DNA of 64,000 bases, from positions 27,218,001 through 27,282,000 of the forward strand of contig NC_043008.1 of assembly GCF_006345805.1 (NCBI RefSeq), in the 5' to 3' direction. Positions 12,951 through 25,325 of this stretch are shown piece after piece. The notes under the pieces are model-generated. The model was not told the DNA's origin, searched no databases, and worked only from the letters and a program-made list of their open reading frames with translations. Within the stretch, counting starts at the first letter, position 1. Each line of letters starts with the position of its first letter. The translations under genes were made by a program, and so were the position numbers. This DNA comes from Octopus sinensis (taxonomy: Eukaryota).

Positions 12951-13376
12951 CTGATAATAGAACAGAATTTTCTGTAGTTTGATTTAGAGAAACATCGTGA
13001 CTTCTCATGTCGCTGCTTTATTTATTCCATTCTCATTCTGATATTCATATCCTTCGAGTATTGATAAAGACGATTCACAAAGACATACATAAATATTTCA
13101 GTATTCTTTTATCTGATTCGGCCACTGGACTGCAACCAAGCTAGGGCATTGGCAGGAAATATTTGGTCACTTAAGACGGTCACGGTATGTATTTTAATTA
13201 CGATCCATATTTAGTATGATCCATATTTAAGTATGATCCATATTTAGCCGAAGTGTCTGGATACACGAACATTAAAAAACCAAGCCGTTTTCAATTTCAG
13301 AGTGACAAAAACAAACACATACATCACATGCATGCATACATACATAAACATATATATATATAAATATAATTGTACA

Positions 13377-13469
<93 letters not shown>

Positions 13470-15075
13470 CATACATACATATAGATGTGTGTGTATTTGT
13501 GTATATATATATATAAAATACACCTGTGCGTGAGTGTATTCCCTTTTCCCGCGAAAAGGGCTGCGCGAATGCTTCCATAATTGGAATGCATGAGTAATTT
13601 GACCTCGGATACATAATAGGGTCGTCAGTTTCTTTTTTATTAAAAATAAATAATATTGCTTTATATCTATGATTCACTTCTTTAAAAAGGTTTTTCAACA
13701 TGAACTCCAGGTATTGACGTAGCAACGGTTAAATTTTCCGTTTTCCTTTGCAAAACCTCTCCCTTTCTATTTTAATGTTTATATTTCAAGTTTTAATTCG
13801 CTATTTGCAAACAACTACGATAAATTACTGAAAGAAATAAAGACCATGGGAGGAGCCTTTTCGGTGAAAAAAATTGTGAATATATCCAGACGAAAAGGTG
13901 CACGATTCAAGGGAGAGTTGGTTGTTGTTTCTAGCACAACCAAACACCCCTCCATTTTCACTCTTACATCATCGCATATATCGATGTTCTTTCCAATTTT
14001 TTCTCCAATCAAACATATTTTATGGAATTATTATGCCGAAGTAACGCACGTGTTGTCCATTGGTGGATTATAAGCAACAAAAGAACTAATGTAATTTAAA
14101 TTTCTAACCCCATCTCAGTCAAGCGAAGCCATGTGTGCCTATGAAAACACATTTTCTATCAGAAAAGTATGCAATGGAAACCAATTATGGTTTACACAGC
14201 CCCTTTTTAAAAATCACTGGATAAATATGAGCATTCACATTCTCAATATCACCAGTGTTTTAAATTAGAAACAGTCGGAGGCAGTGAGTGAGGTTGCAAA
14301 ATAATCATAATTTTTCACATTTGTAATAGAATATAAATGTATTTATGTGGAGAAAAATATTGAAAAACCTCAATACATTGTGAGAAAGAAACGCGAAGGA
14401 TTGTCTTAAGATGTGCTAGAAACGGCAGCCAAATCTCCTTTAAATCACTCACTTTTCCTTCTAAAAATATCAGCGAATTTTGAAATATATTTCTACCGAA
14501 AAGGCTCCTGCCATAGCTTTGAAGTGCAAAAAATATTGGCCAAAATCAGACCGGAGTGGAGAATAAAATATTCTACAAAATATTCTCAAAACTTACTTTT
14601 CATAAAAAGATGTCCCCGCCCCATCAATTCGAAAGCTGTGGTAAAATAAACAATGAGAAAAATCTCCGTCAAAAAGAAATGGCCACAACATATTTGATTT
14701 TGCTTATCCGAAACTCCGTTTTTTCGAAACTCCTCTCCCTACTTCCTCTGAGCAAATTGCTCCCACAAATTTCTTTATTATCGTAACCTGTGCCGCTTGA
14801 CAGATATCTGTGTAAAATTTCCTCAAAAGATATACCTTTTCCGGAGAGTTATGAGGGAAAAAAAGTCAGTGTGAATTTTCTGAAACTCCCCTCGGAAAAC
14901 TTTCCCATAAATCATTATGTATTCCGCTTCCACAGCATCTAAGCGGTATTTGTGGAAAATTTCGTTAATAAGTATACATTTTTCTGGAAGTTATGAGGCA
15001 ACAAATTCGGGTGTTGTACACATCTGTAGTTATGTTACTCTATCTACCTGTCTATCAACGTCTATCTGTCTGTAA

Positions 15076-15115
<40 letters not shown>

Positions 15116-16806
15116 ATCTATCTGTGTTATAGCAAAGAGTTTATAACCCGAGAGAGACCAGATCCTTCAGCATATATATATGTTTTTATTAAGTTTGAAA
15201 ATGGAGGTATCCAATGGATACAAATTAATTAATGAATTAATTAACATCATCATCTACGATAACATAGGATTCGCTGGCCGGGGTTATACTAGAAGACAGC
15301 TGTCTAACTTACCACACACATATATATACGTTTTGTATATGTACGCATAATATACATATATATGCAAATATATTTGTATACATGCATATATATATATCTA
15401 TCGACCTATTTATCTACCTATCTGTCTATCTATCTACCTATCTGTGTGTCCATATCGTCCGATATTTTCTATCGTGGGCTACGCTATCTAATGAGTATTA
15501 CTATTTCATAAAAGAGTGGGAGGTCAGAAAACTTGACTGTTATTTCTGTTAGGTTAAATGTGAATGCGATTATTCTTGTCTTTTGGATTAGAGTATTATA
15601 GAAACAGCCAGATGAAATATTGCAAATTTACTGTTACTGCAACTTTTGAAGTTGTGGCTTTTTTATTAATGGATCTGTAATTGCTTTAACTTTCTGGGAG
15701 ACGTTTATGTTGCAACAATGTATATTGGTGTAAGTATCGAGGTAAATGTAGTTGTTGCTTTGCTCTGAGTCACTTCTGATCAATGGAATTTATGAACAAA
15801 GGTCTTACTGGAATGGACATCAGCCATTGCAATGCATCGGACTGCATTCTCTAGTATAATAATTATACTTCGTTTACGAAGTTTGTGCGATAATTGAGAG
15901 CGATATATTTGATATTTACAGCAGAGTGAACAATCACGTCAGTGGCTTCTTCATAGTCTCGTTATTAGCATTGTTAATGGTAGTGATGGTTGTAGTCTTA
16001 TTATTTTGTTAATGGCACTAGTTTTGTTTTTGTGGTTTAGCATTAGTCTGCTGTAATTTAGCAAACAGTAGTATGTCTGTATCAAATCAATAACTAGGTA
16101 ATTATCAACAGTTATTGATAGAACACACAAATATTCCTATGGTGTTTAGTTTGAGTAATTAAATATTTCAGGATAAACATTAATCTAATGAAATGTATTA
16201 GAAATATACTTTGTTTCGATTTGTTTGCGAATTAACTACATTAATTAATTTGTATGTCTTATCATTGTAAATTTAAAGAATTCGTATTAAATTAAATATT
16301 GTATTATCAGTTTTTGGATAATTGATAATTTACCAGTTTTCGAAAGTCATAGAAAATATTTTCAATACCACTACATTAGATGGAGATATAATGAGTCACA
16401 AATGGATTTAGTCGACGAAGTATTGTTGCACTGGTTTGTTGAACTTTAATATCATGCAACTTATTAGTTGAGTCCTTAGCATCATCTATAAATAGCAGAA
16501 GATTTTGAAGTTCACTTCTTGAAAGCTATACAATTACATCATTACAGACTGAAACAAATAAAAGAATTAAAGAAAAGTGTTTTTAAGGCATTTCGAGAAG
16601 GTCATTTGCTTCGTTCATATAGTTTTTTTAAAGGAGTAAAAATTTGTGAAAGAAGGCAGTAAATATTACTTATTATGTACACGTCAAATCGTGGATTAAA
16701 ACTCCTGGGAAAATAATAATTATATATGACTAGGGACATTTACAGTGTTTCGTGATTTATAAATGGAAGATATAGAAAATAGATATAGATACCTAATATA
16801 TTACAC

Positions 16807-16937
16807 TATTTACATTATTTACATTTGACGGATATTTGTCCGTGGGCATATGGCGTAGTGCTCAAGAGCACGGGCTACAAACCCCAATATTCTGAGTTCG
16901 ATTCCAAGCAGTGACCAGAATGATGATGATGATTATG

Positions 16938-16970
<33 letters not shown>

Positions 16971-17051
16971 TAATAATAATAATAATAATAATAATGATAA
17001 TAATAATAATAATAACAATAATAATAATAATAATGATAATAATAATAATAA

Positions 17052-17098
<47 letters not shown>

Positions 17099-17292
17099 TG
17101 ATGATAACATCGAAAAATACCTTAGGAATGGGAAACCAGGTTCGAAATTTCCCCAAGACACCTGATGAAGGCTGGAGCATATATTAGTCGAAATGTTGCG
17201 TTTACAACAAACAAGGTGAGAACAAATATCCGTCAAATGTAAACAATGCAAATAATATACATAATTCCTCATCTCTTAAATATAGAACTGTA
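16807..17292 (+). mobile_element. Composite element: inverted tail copy + tRNA-like head + (AAT)n + hammerhead-bearing Penelope-like tail
   Basis: 16807-16839 is the reverse complement of 17222-17254 (31/33). Head 16844-16916 has A-box tggcgtagtg and B-box gttcgattcc. (AAT/GAT)n runs 16920-17107. Hammerhead at 17156-17203. Confidence 0.7.
17156..17203 (+). ncRNA. Degenerate minimal hammerhead ribozyme motif
   Basis: agacac-CUGAUGA-a-ggcug(10 nt)uaguc-GAAA-ug-UU-gcguuu. Stem II 5 bp with two GU pairs; stem I has one mismatch; C15.2 is replaced by U. Confidence 0.55.
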
Positions 17293-19197
17293 TTATATAA
17301 TATATTGTTCACAATGGAAAAAAAACTATTGAAGAAAGTTCTATTAAATCCATGAGGATTATTTTATTTTCCTCTCCCTTCCACATCCTCATCTTTCTTA
17401 TCAACCTATTCTACATATCTATCTACATTGTTTTCTTCATTCTTATTATTAAAAGCAGCATCACCCTGCCATTCTTCTGCCGTATTCTCCATCCTGATTA
17501 ATACCATTCACGTAAACACTAAACGCTCCAACGACAACAAACAGAAGGTCGACAGTCAACACCACCACCACCAACATCACCACCACGACGTTCTATGCCA
17601 CACCCACAGATTCTCATCATTGTCATCAACATCCTTACAGTTATTATTAACTTTACGATGATAATCATTTCCTTAACATCATCGTCGTGGTCATTTTTGT
17701 CAAATCTGCCTTTATCTCAATCCTTCCCCTTCTCATCATCATCCTCCTCATCATCAGTGTTAGTGTTTTAACTTTTACTCGAGGGAAAAGTTTCAGCACA
17801 GCTCCACTATGTTTGGAAAACAAAATATTTTCCTGTTACGCAAAACGATTTTTACAAATTAGTTTTGACACTTTCCAAGATATCATCAGTAGCTTTTCAC
17901 ATTTCCTTCTCTGGAGAAAATCCGTGTCTGTTCACTAGTCGATAAGTCGTCATAAACAAACATAACTGTTCCAACAATGGGAGTAGTAAGATGAGCTTCG
18001 TACAAGGATCGTTATAACCGTCCTTCTTCCGAACAAAGGAGTAAATATAAAAACGCCGGCTAAATTATTTGCAGCTCCAGTAGCATATATCGTAGCCATA
18101 TTAAATGCTGCATTATTAATCTAGCACAAAAAAAGAAACGTAAAGCGAATTGCACTGCCAACAAAAAAACAACACATCCGTTTTCACTAGCTTCAACAAA
18201 GGCAAAGAGAGAGCCTCCACATAATCAATTTCCCTGCTAAGTATAACAGCGAGGACGCTTTCAAATTACATCATTTTAAGGATGAAAACATGCATTGACT
18301 AATATATTAGAATTATGCATACCTATTGCAGAAAAATGTGGACATGATAATACATTTTGATTGTAATTTGCTCGATCAATGTTGGCCAAGGTTGACTATA
18401 GTGACAAAACAAATACCACTAAACACTCCTGTTCTTTAATTATCATGAGGACAATTAATTCACGTAGCCTATGCGTCGTTGCTTACTCAAAAATTAACGC
18501 CGAACTCTGTGAAATTACACTCTACTGTCACAAATAATCCTAGATATTTTCTTTCGGAAATATTGCGTGATGTTTACTGCTTTGACACATTTTAAAACTA
18601 AGTCTACTAAAATGACATGTAGTAGAACTCAATCGATGACGAGTCGAATGAAAATAAAGCATCCTTATTCACTCAACGTTTGTTTGAGTGAATCGGAATA
18701 CAGTTGGTAAAATAGCTTGCATCATTAGGCTCCTCGCTTTATGAACTAGGCGAAGAACAACTCTGCATTTCATTTCCCAGTTACAAGTTCAATATAACAC
18801 ATTTTCACAAAAAAGTAGTTTTATGAAAGAATATTTCTCTATTTTAAGTTCCGCACCGAAGTAAAGGAGTTGAGATAAAACTAAATGATGAGGATGATTA
18901 ACAAACTTTCTAAAGAGATCTAAAAAGAGGTTTAGAAGTAAGATAATATTTTCTGATGTCTTTCTCGGAAACCAAGGACGTTAGAGAAATACACTAAAAG
19001 GGACAAGTGAATATCATAGATAGATGAAAAATATATATACATATATTGTTGTGTGCATGTGTTTCTATTTCAAAACAATTTCGTAGCAGTAAATAGAAAC
19101 GTAGAAAAGCATCACCGTGTTTATACTGAATGACAGAAATATATAAATACACAGACACACAATCACATAGACACAGGCATTTATATATATATATATA

Positions 19198-19273
19198 ATA
19201 ATTATTTGAGGGAATATTAATCCTACCTTACAGGGAAAAATTCAATTTAGAAATACTAAATTAAATTTCACAC

Positions 19274-19350
<77 letters not shown>

Positions 19351-20640
19351 TATAAATAAATTAGAAAAAAAACACCGTTTATCAATTCAAAATGAACAAT
19401 TAAATTACACCATCTAGAAAAGTAAAATAACAATAATATACCGATGATTGTAAATTGCAAAAAATTAATAAAAACTATATAATTGGTAGAATAATATATA
19501 TATAAATATATATGGCGGGGGGTGGGGTGTAATCCGTATAAAATTAAGAGAAGAAAATGGAAAGTTAGTGGTTAATAATTATGAACTTATAATTATTTCT
19601 TCGTATATTTGTTTCCATTTATACTCATTGAATAAATGGCTAGTGAGGGTGTGTGTGTCTATTCGAAATGTATGATTGTTTCGATGAGGGTGTCTGGTGC
19701 CTATATGTGTATATCAGCTATGCGTGTGTGGAACACGAGTTTGCACGTGTGTAAGATGGTGTCTGGGTGAGAGCTTATGGCATGAGTTCAATGTTGCATG
19801 TTTGCCAAGGTGTGTGTACATAAGAGTACGGGCGTGTATCAGCCACGTGTGAGTACTCACATGCGCGTATATGTGGCAGTTGTATATATCAGCTGCGTAT
19901 TTATCCGCTGTATATGTGTGTAAGGTGTAGGTGTGTGTGTATATGTGTGTGTGTATGTGTGCGTGCGTGTGTGTTTGAATACATGTGAGTTAGTGCCTGC
20001 TGTATACGCATATAAAACCAGTGTGTTTAGAATGTTTGTATGATCGTATTTGCGTATGTATGATTGTTGCACATAGGAATGTACGCATACAATTTACGCT
20101 CCCTTGGGAAATATTTCTTAGCCAATGACAAAAAACTTCTAGCCACATGGGTTGAAACCTTTATGGTAAATGAAGGGTTTAACTAAATTATGTTATGCTT
20201 TCTGGTTCTCTTCGAGTATGAAAGTGGGAGTTAGGTTACTACCTACATTCTAACTTCCCAGAAAATCCACTCGCACCTAGTGCTTCAATGTAGTGGAGGG
20301 CAGCCTTGTAAAGATCGCCCTATCATCTGAAAGCTTAGATAATGTTCTGCTAACGTCTGAAACTAGGTATCTAATGAAAGTGAGTGGGGTGACTCGAGTT
20401 TCTGCAAATGTAAGCAGTTTCCGATTTGGGCTTCTTGTAAGGGAAATACTCGCTCATTTTCAGCTCTAGAGTCCCGTCTAGGGAGTTGGCCGTTGTCAAG
20501 TTGGTGGACACTATTATTTACTGGCCTGATTTGATGAATATTTTTATCAGGCGTGGGTATTCATATGACTTGAGATTGGCAGGCCGTCGTCCTTTTAAGG
20601 GGGCCGACCTTTGTAGATCTCCATCTAAACGTCGAACGTA
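19198..20640 (-). mobile_element. Decayed Penelope-like element 3' portion with AT-rich tail
   Basis: Minus-strand translation of ~20250-20450 reads YFPYKKPKSETAYICRNSSHPTHF...LYKAALHYIEALGASGFSGKL, matching the PLE RT thumb pattern Y.PYRKP...Y+...SNHP...Y..AL..SG. The tail at 19198-19500 is the same family as 41385-41790. Confidence 0.6.
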
Positions 20641-22031
20641 TATACCCACTACACACACACACATTAGAAGCCATGATTTCGTAATGATTTTTCGGGTCAT
20701 ACTCTTTGGTATATGCTACAAGCAGTACGGTCACATGTGGCGTTGTTGGTGTTTTATCAGTAGTTGCCTGAACTAAAAAAAATTTACGCAGGGAAACTGC
20801 AAAGAAAATGTCCTTTTTTATAAGTCACATATATTTCAACGATATTTCTATTGGTCTAAATATATGTCTATTTCCCAAATTGCTTTCCGAGCCTACAACA
20901 TAATTTATTTGAGCATTTATACAGTGGATTCTTTCTATTGATTTATACATGGAATCTCTGATTTCCAAGCTAATTTCAGACTCATCTTGCTTGGTGCCGA
21001 GGGGGCATTCTGAATTTATTGTTGATACTTTAATACTTGTTGCCTAAACAGGGTATTTTCTTCACGGAAAACTGCAGTGAAAATAACCATTTTTATATAT
21101 GAATTATATCCCAAACATATTTGAACTGCTTTAAAACTTTGTTCATTCCACAACTCTGATTCACATTCCTGCGGTAGTAGGAACACCCTCATCATTCCTA
21201 CTATTGTAGGAACATACACATACACGCACTCACACACATATACGTAAAAAAAAGGTATAAGGTATACATTCATAAGGTAAGTTACATTTGCAATTAACAT
21301 GCATATACAATTTACCTCACTATGATATAATCGTTGGATGGGCGATATACTCGTGTATATTAAGTAACGAATCCCAAACTGAGTTAATACTGTAGCTGCA
21401 GCTATACATAAAGCAAAGAAAATGTGTCAACCAGCTCTGATTATCGTAGCTCTGTGCATTTATCTATAAACCCAGCTTTCATGTCTATCTGTGCTTCTCG
21501 TTAGTAGAATTTATAATTTTTATTAACAATAACTTAAGTTATTTGCCTGGTCCTTCTGATGAAGATATAATGATTTTACTACAAAGAACGAGTTGATACC
21601 GTTGCATTGCTTTTTTATATATCTACAGTAATGCATTTAGATATCAACCAGTCATCAGTTATCTAACACAGCTGTTAGGATAAGAAATAGTTTTATCATG
21701 TAAATTGATTAGGCATCTGTTCGTGTAAACACGTTCCTTTCCTCTGTTATTGTATGTTTGACTTTCTACTTCTATACCGCCGAAGAATGATCGTTCTCGT
21801 GGCTGACTTTCTAAACTCCGGGTTATCTAAACACGATGAAGAAGTTAAAGTTTAAAAGTTGGATTTCTCCGAACACTACTTGCACTTATATATATTGCAC
21901 GCTTATATAAGCAACATTATAATGCATTCTTTGTAAATAAATCCACGTGTGAATATGTATATATATATTAGTGTGTGTGTGTGTATGTGTGTGTGTGCGT
22001 GTGCGCATGCGCGGGTGAGTGTATGTATATA

Positions 22032-22073
<42 letters not shown>

Positions 22074-23325
22074 GTATGTTGACACACGCTTATACACATA
22101 CATACACAAACATATGCACACACACATATATACTTACATTTTCCCAATGATAAATTATAAAGAGTGAGGGATTCTTATTCAATGTCCTGTGCATACTGGG
22201 AGATAGCTATATATTTCTTCAATTCTTCATTAAGTATTCATTACTTACACATAGATATTAAGCCATTCTAATGGAATAATGGAATATATTTTTACTTTCA
22301 TGTTCTTTTAGAATAATATAACGAAAGTTTAATATATCTAAAATTAAGTAGAATGTAATTGCAAATTAGATGAATAATAATATTTTATATATTAAAATGA
22401 CATAGTAAATTATATTGATAAAATATTTTTTTTATGTTTCCAGTTGAAGAAAGCGAAATGTATTATAAGAAATATGCAGTTATGATTGCTTTGAAAATTC
22501 TTTCAGCGATTTAAAATGAATGTGTGCCAACAATATACTTCAGTTTAACAATGACGTTATTCAAAACAGAAGAATACATCTTAAATATCAATGGAAATTG
22601 TAAATAGATATGAAATCATTGATAATAAAATTAAAATGAAAAGATAGATGTGCATAATTTCTGAGAAATTGTGCTTTCAAAATCTCAAAACATTTCATAA
22701 TAATAGGAGAAAATAAATTGATTTTTTTCTGTGTATAACATAAAATTAGATACAAGGAATATAAATATTTCTAACTATGTTTATAAAGATTACAATATTT
22801 TGTGACTTGTGTATGCAAATATAAATTTTTAAAACAAATGTGACAAAGAAGAAAGCCTACAACATAATTTATATCTAAAATGATTTTCTATAATTTTTTT
22901 CTAGAAATATATATATTATGAACAACTATTCCTTTCACAAAGACGTATTTGCTGAGACCTTTTCATTAATGTAAAATTAAAAGAAGAGTTCTAATAATTA
23001 CTAAGCAGAATGAAGGAAATATTCGTAGAAATCTCACAAAGGTCCTCAAAATTATTTTTTATTGATACTAAAAGTTGTTTTCAGTGACGAGGTTTCTGCA
23101 TGTCTATTTCTTGAGGGCTTACACTTCTAGAGTTTTCAGTTAATTCTCAGTAGTAATACCATTCCTTCAGCAGTAACATTTATGAATGTGTCTTCAAGTG
23201 TATGTATTACAACTCTTAACTAAGAACATGAAATAGATATTATATCAAAACCTACAAGAAACTCTGTTCAACATGACTTTATTAAATGTAACCAAAAGAT
23301 TATTATTAATCTTTGTGTACATCAG

Positions 23326-23542
23326 AGAACGAGAGATTGTTGCACATATTTTAAACCCAAAAGAAATATCCATAGGTCGGCTTGCAGCTCAACACCCAAG
23401 GTCTGAAAGAGATGAAGATGACATGTTCTCCGAAGTTGGGCTAAATATGGTTGTCAGAGTTTATTTCAAATTATTTGGCTACAACAGCTATGTAAATTCA
23501 TACAATGTGAAATGGAATGATGTGGGTGTAACCATAGTAAAG
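23326..23542 (+). CDS. Candidate internal coding exon of an unidentified host gene
   Basis: Acceptor ctttgtgtacatcag, donor AAG|gtataa; 72 open, normal-complexity codons (EREIVAHILNPKEISIGRLAAQHPRS...KWNDVGVTIVK); phase 2 in, phase 0 out. No family recognised. Confidence 0.45.
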
Positions 23543-24179
23543 GTATAATTAACTTTTTTTACTGATGATCACATTCATTATCTGAATAGACAAGTTTTAA
23601 ATTTAGGAATCTAAACCGTATTTAGCAAAAATCTATTTAATACGGATTGTAAAAGTGCACGAGTTTCAGTTTTACCAGATGTAGAATATTGGATATATTT
23701 TGGTCACAATGAACTTCTTCAGTGAAATAGATCAAATCTAAACGTAACTGTGTGTCTATGCATATATCTATGCACGTATTTATGAATACACACACACAAA
23801 CACACTAACATACACACATACACGCAAGTATGCACACGCGTATAAGGGAATGATTTATACATGAAATACTTTAAGTTCCATGCCCTTAAATTGCCTTAAA
23901 TGTCACTATTTGAATGAAGACTTATAAGAAATTGTGCAAGATTGTTTCGGCTTATATAACATGGATACATTGTGAATTTATGTGAGAAAATAAGGAAAAT
24001 TTGTAAAGAAATATTTTAAAGTAAATGAAATATCGTTCTTACAAGCAACGATATATCACTTTAATTTGTAGATAGAGAATGATGTTAATGTTGAGCGACG
24101 AATATGCCATAGTTAGGTGGCAACTGTCATGTCGAAGATATAAAAATGTATATAATTTGCAGAATTGTTTGAATGTTAA

Positions 24180-24570
24180 AAGGCTGCAGAAACGTTAGCA
24201 CGCTAGGCTAAATGCGTAGCCGTATTTCGTCTGCCGTTACGTTCTGAGTTCAAATTCCGCCGAGGTCGACTTTGGCTTTCATCCTTTCGGAGTCGATAAA
24301 TTAAGTACCATTTACGCACTGCGATCGATATAATCGATTTAATCCGTTTGTCTCTCCTTGTTTGTCCTCTCTGTGTTTAGCCCCTTGTAGGTAGTAAACA
24401 AATAGGTATTTCGTCTGCCACTACGTTCTGAGTTCAAATTCCGCCGAGGTCGACTTTGCTTTTTATCCTTTCAGGGTCGATAAATTAACTACCAGTTGCC
24501 TACTGGGGTCGATCTAATCGACTGGATCTCTTCCTCCAAATTTTGGGCTTTGTGCCTAGAGTAGAAAATA
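24180..24570 (+). mobile_element. Two tandem SINE family A copies
   Basis: The gttctgagttcaaattccgccgaggtcgacttt core occurs at ~24241 and again at ~24426. Confidence 0.9.
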
Positions 24571-25059
24571 TAGTTTTCCAGTCGATAAATGAAACTTGTC
24601 GAGATGTATACAGCTCGTACAATTTCTAATCTCGAATTTAGAAGGACTGTGCAAGTTCTCCGAACTAATAAAGATGTCTGTCATTCCAGCTATACAGAAC
24701 ATCTATTTTTCCCTCATGTACAGTCTTTGTCGCACCTTTTAACCCGCTTTGAGCTCTTAATTATCTCACTCCAAGTTCATTAATTTAGCTATATCATAGT
24801 AATATCTTCTGAATGTGTTTGTGAAAGTGATTAGATAGTGAGGGTTATTGTAATTTCTATAACAGGTGCCATAATTATTACCGATGACGCAGTCGGTAGA
24901 CGTTTTCTTTTATGTGGTAACGTGATTTCGGGCTGTGTTAGTTGAATGTTTTAAATGAAGGTATTGATGTTGCACCAGCAGCAAACGCATTTAAGATGCT
25001 TGGTTGCCCGTAGCTGAGCAGTGTATAAGTTATCATTAAGACACTGCCGAGGCTCTATT

Positions 25060-25325
25060 CTATAGGTGCACGTAGAGAGGGTGTATAAGAATTCTTCGCT
25101 AAATTTGTAGGATCCACTCCAGACCTTTATAATTTACATGTTACTGAATTTAGATACTCGCACACTCACCACATTATAATTCAATAATCTTATATTTGTT
25201 ATTAATTCTAAATACCACCTTCTGGAATATACAACTACTGTTTCTAACGACCATATCCCCCTTCCTCGAGAAAGAGGGTTTAGCGAAGAGTTCTTCTTAT
25301 ACACTCTCTCTACGTACACCTATAG
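25060..25325. repeat. ~45-bp inverted repeat pair (25060-25103 / 25279-25325)
   Basis: ctataggtgcacgtagagagggtgtataagaattcttcgctaaa versus reverse complement ctataggtgtacgtagagagagtgtataagaagaactcttcgctaaa. Confidence 0.85.

Noticed and set aside
13201-13246. 3x gatccatattta tandem
   Set aside because: Short local slippage duplication next to a decayed repeat fragment; no further structure.
16844-16916. tRNA gene
   Set aside because: It has A/B boxes but no complete cloverleaf or acceptor stem and is embedded in a repeat; treated as a SINE head. The same applies to the other SINE heads.
17950-18120. Minus-strand exon candidate INNAAFNMATIYATG...FGRRTV after a good acceptor
   Set aside because: Partial resemblance to both Sel1 and MFS motifs but a full fit to neither; no convincing donor; opposite strand to the other candidates.
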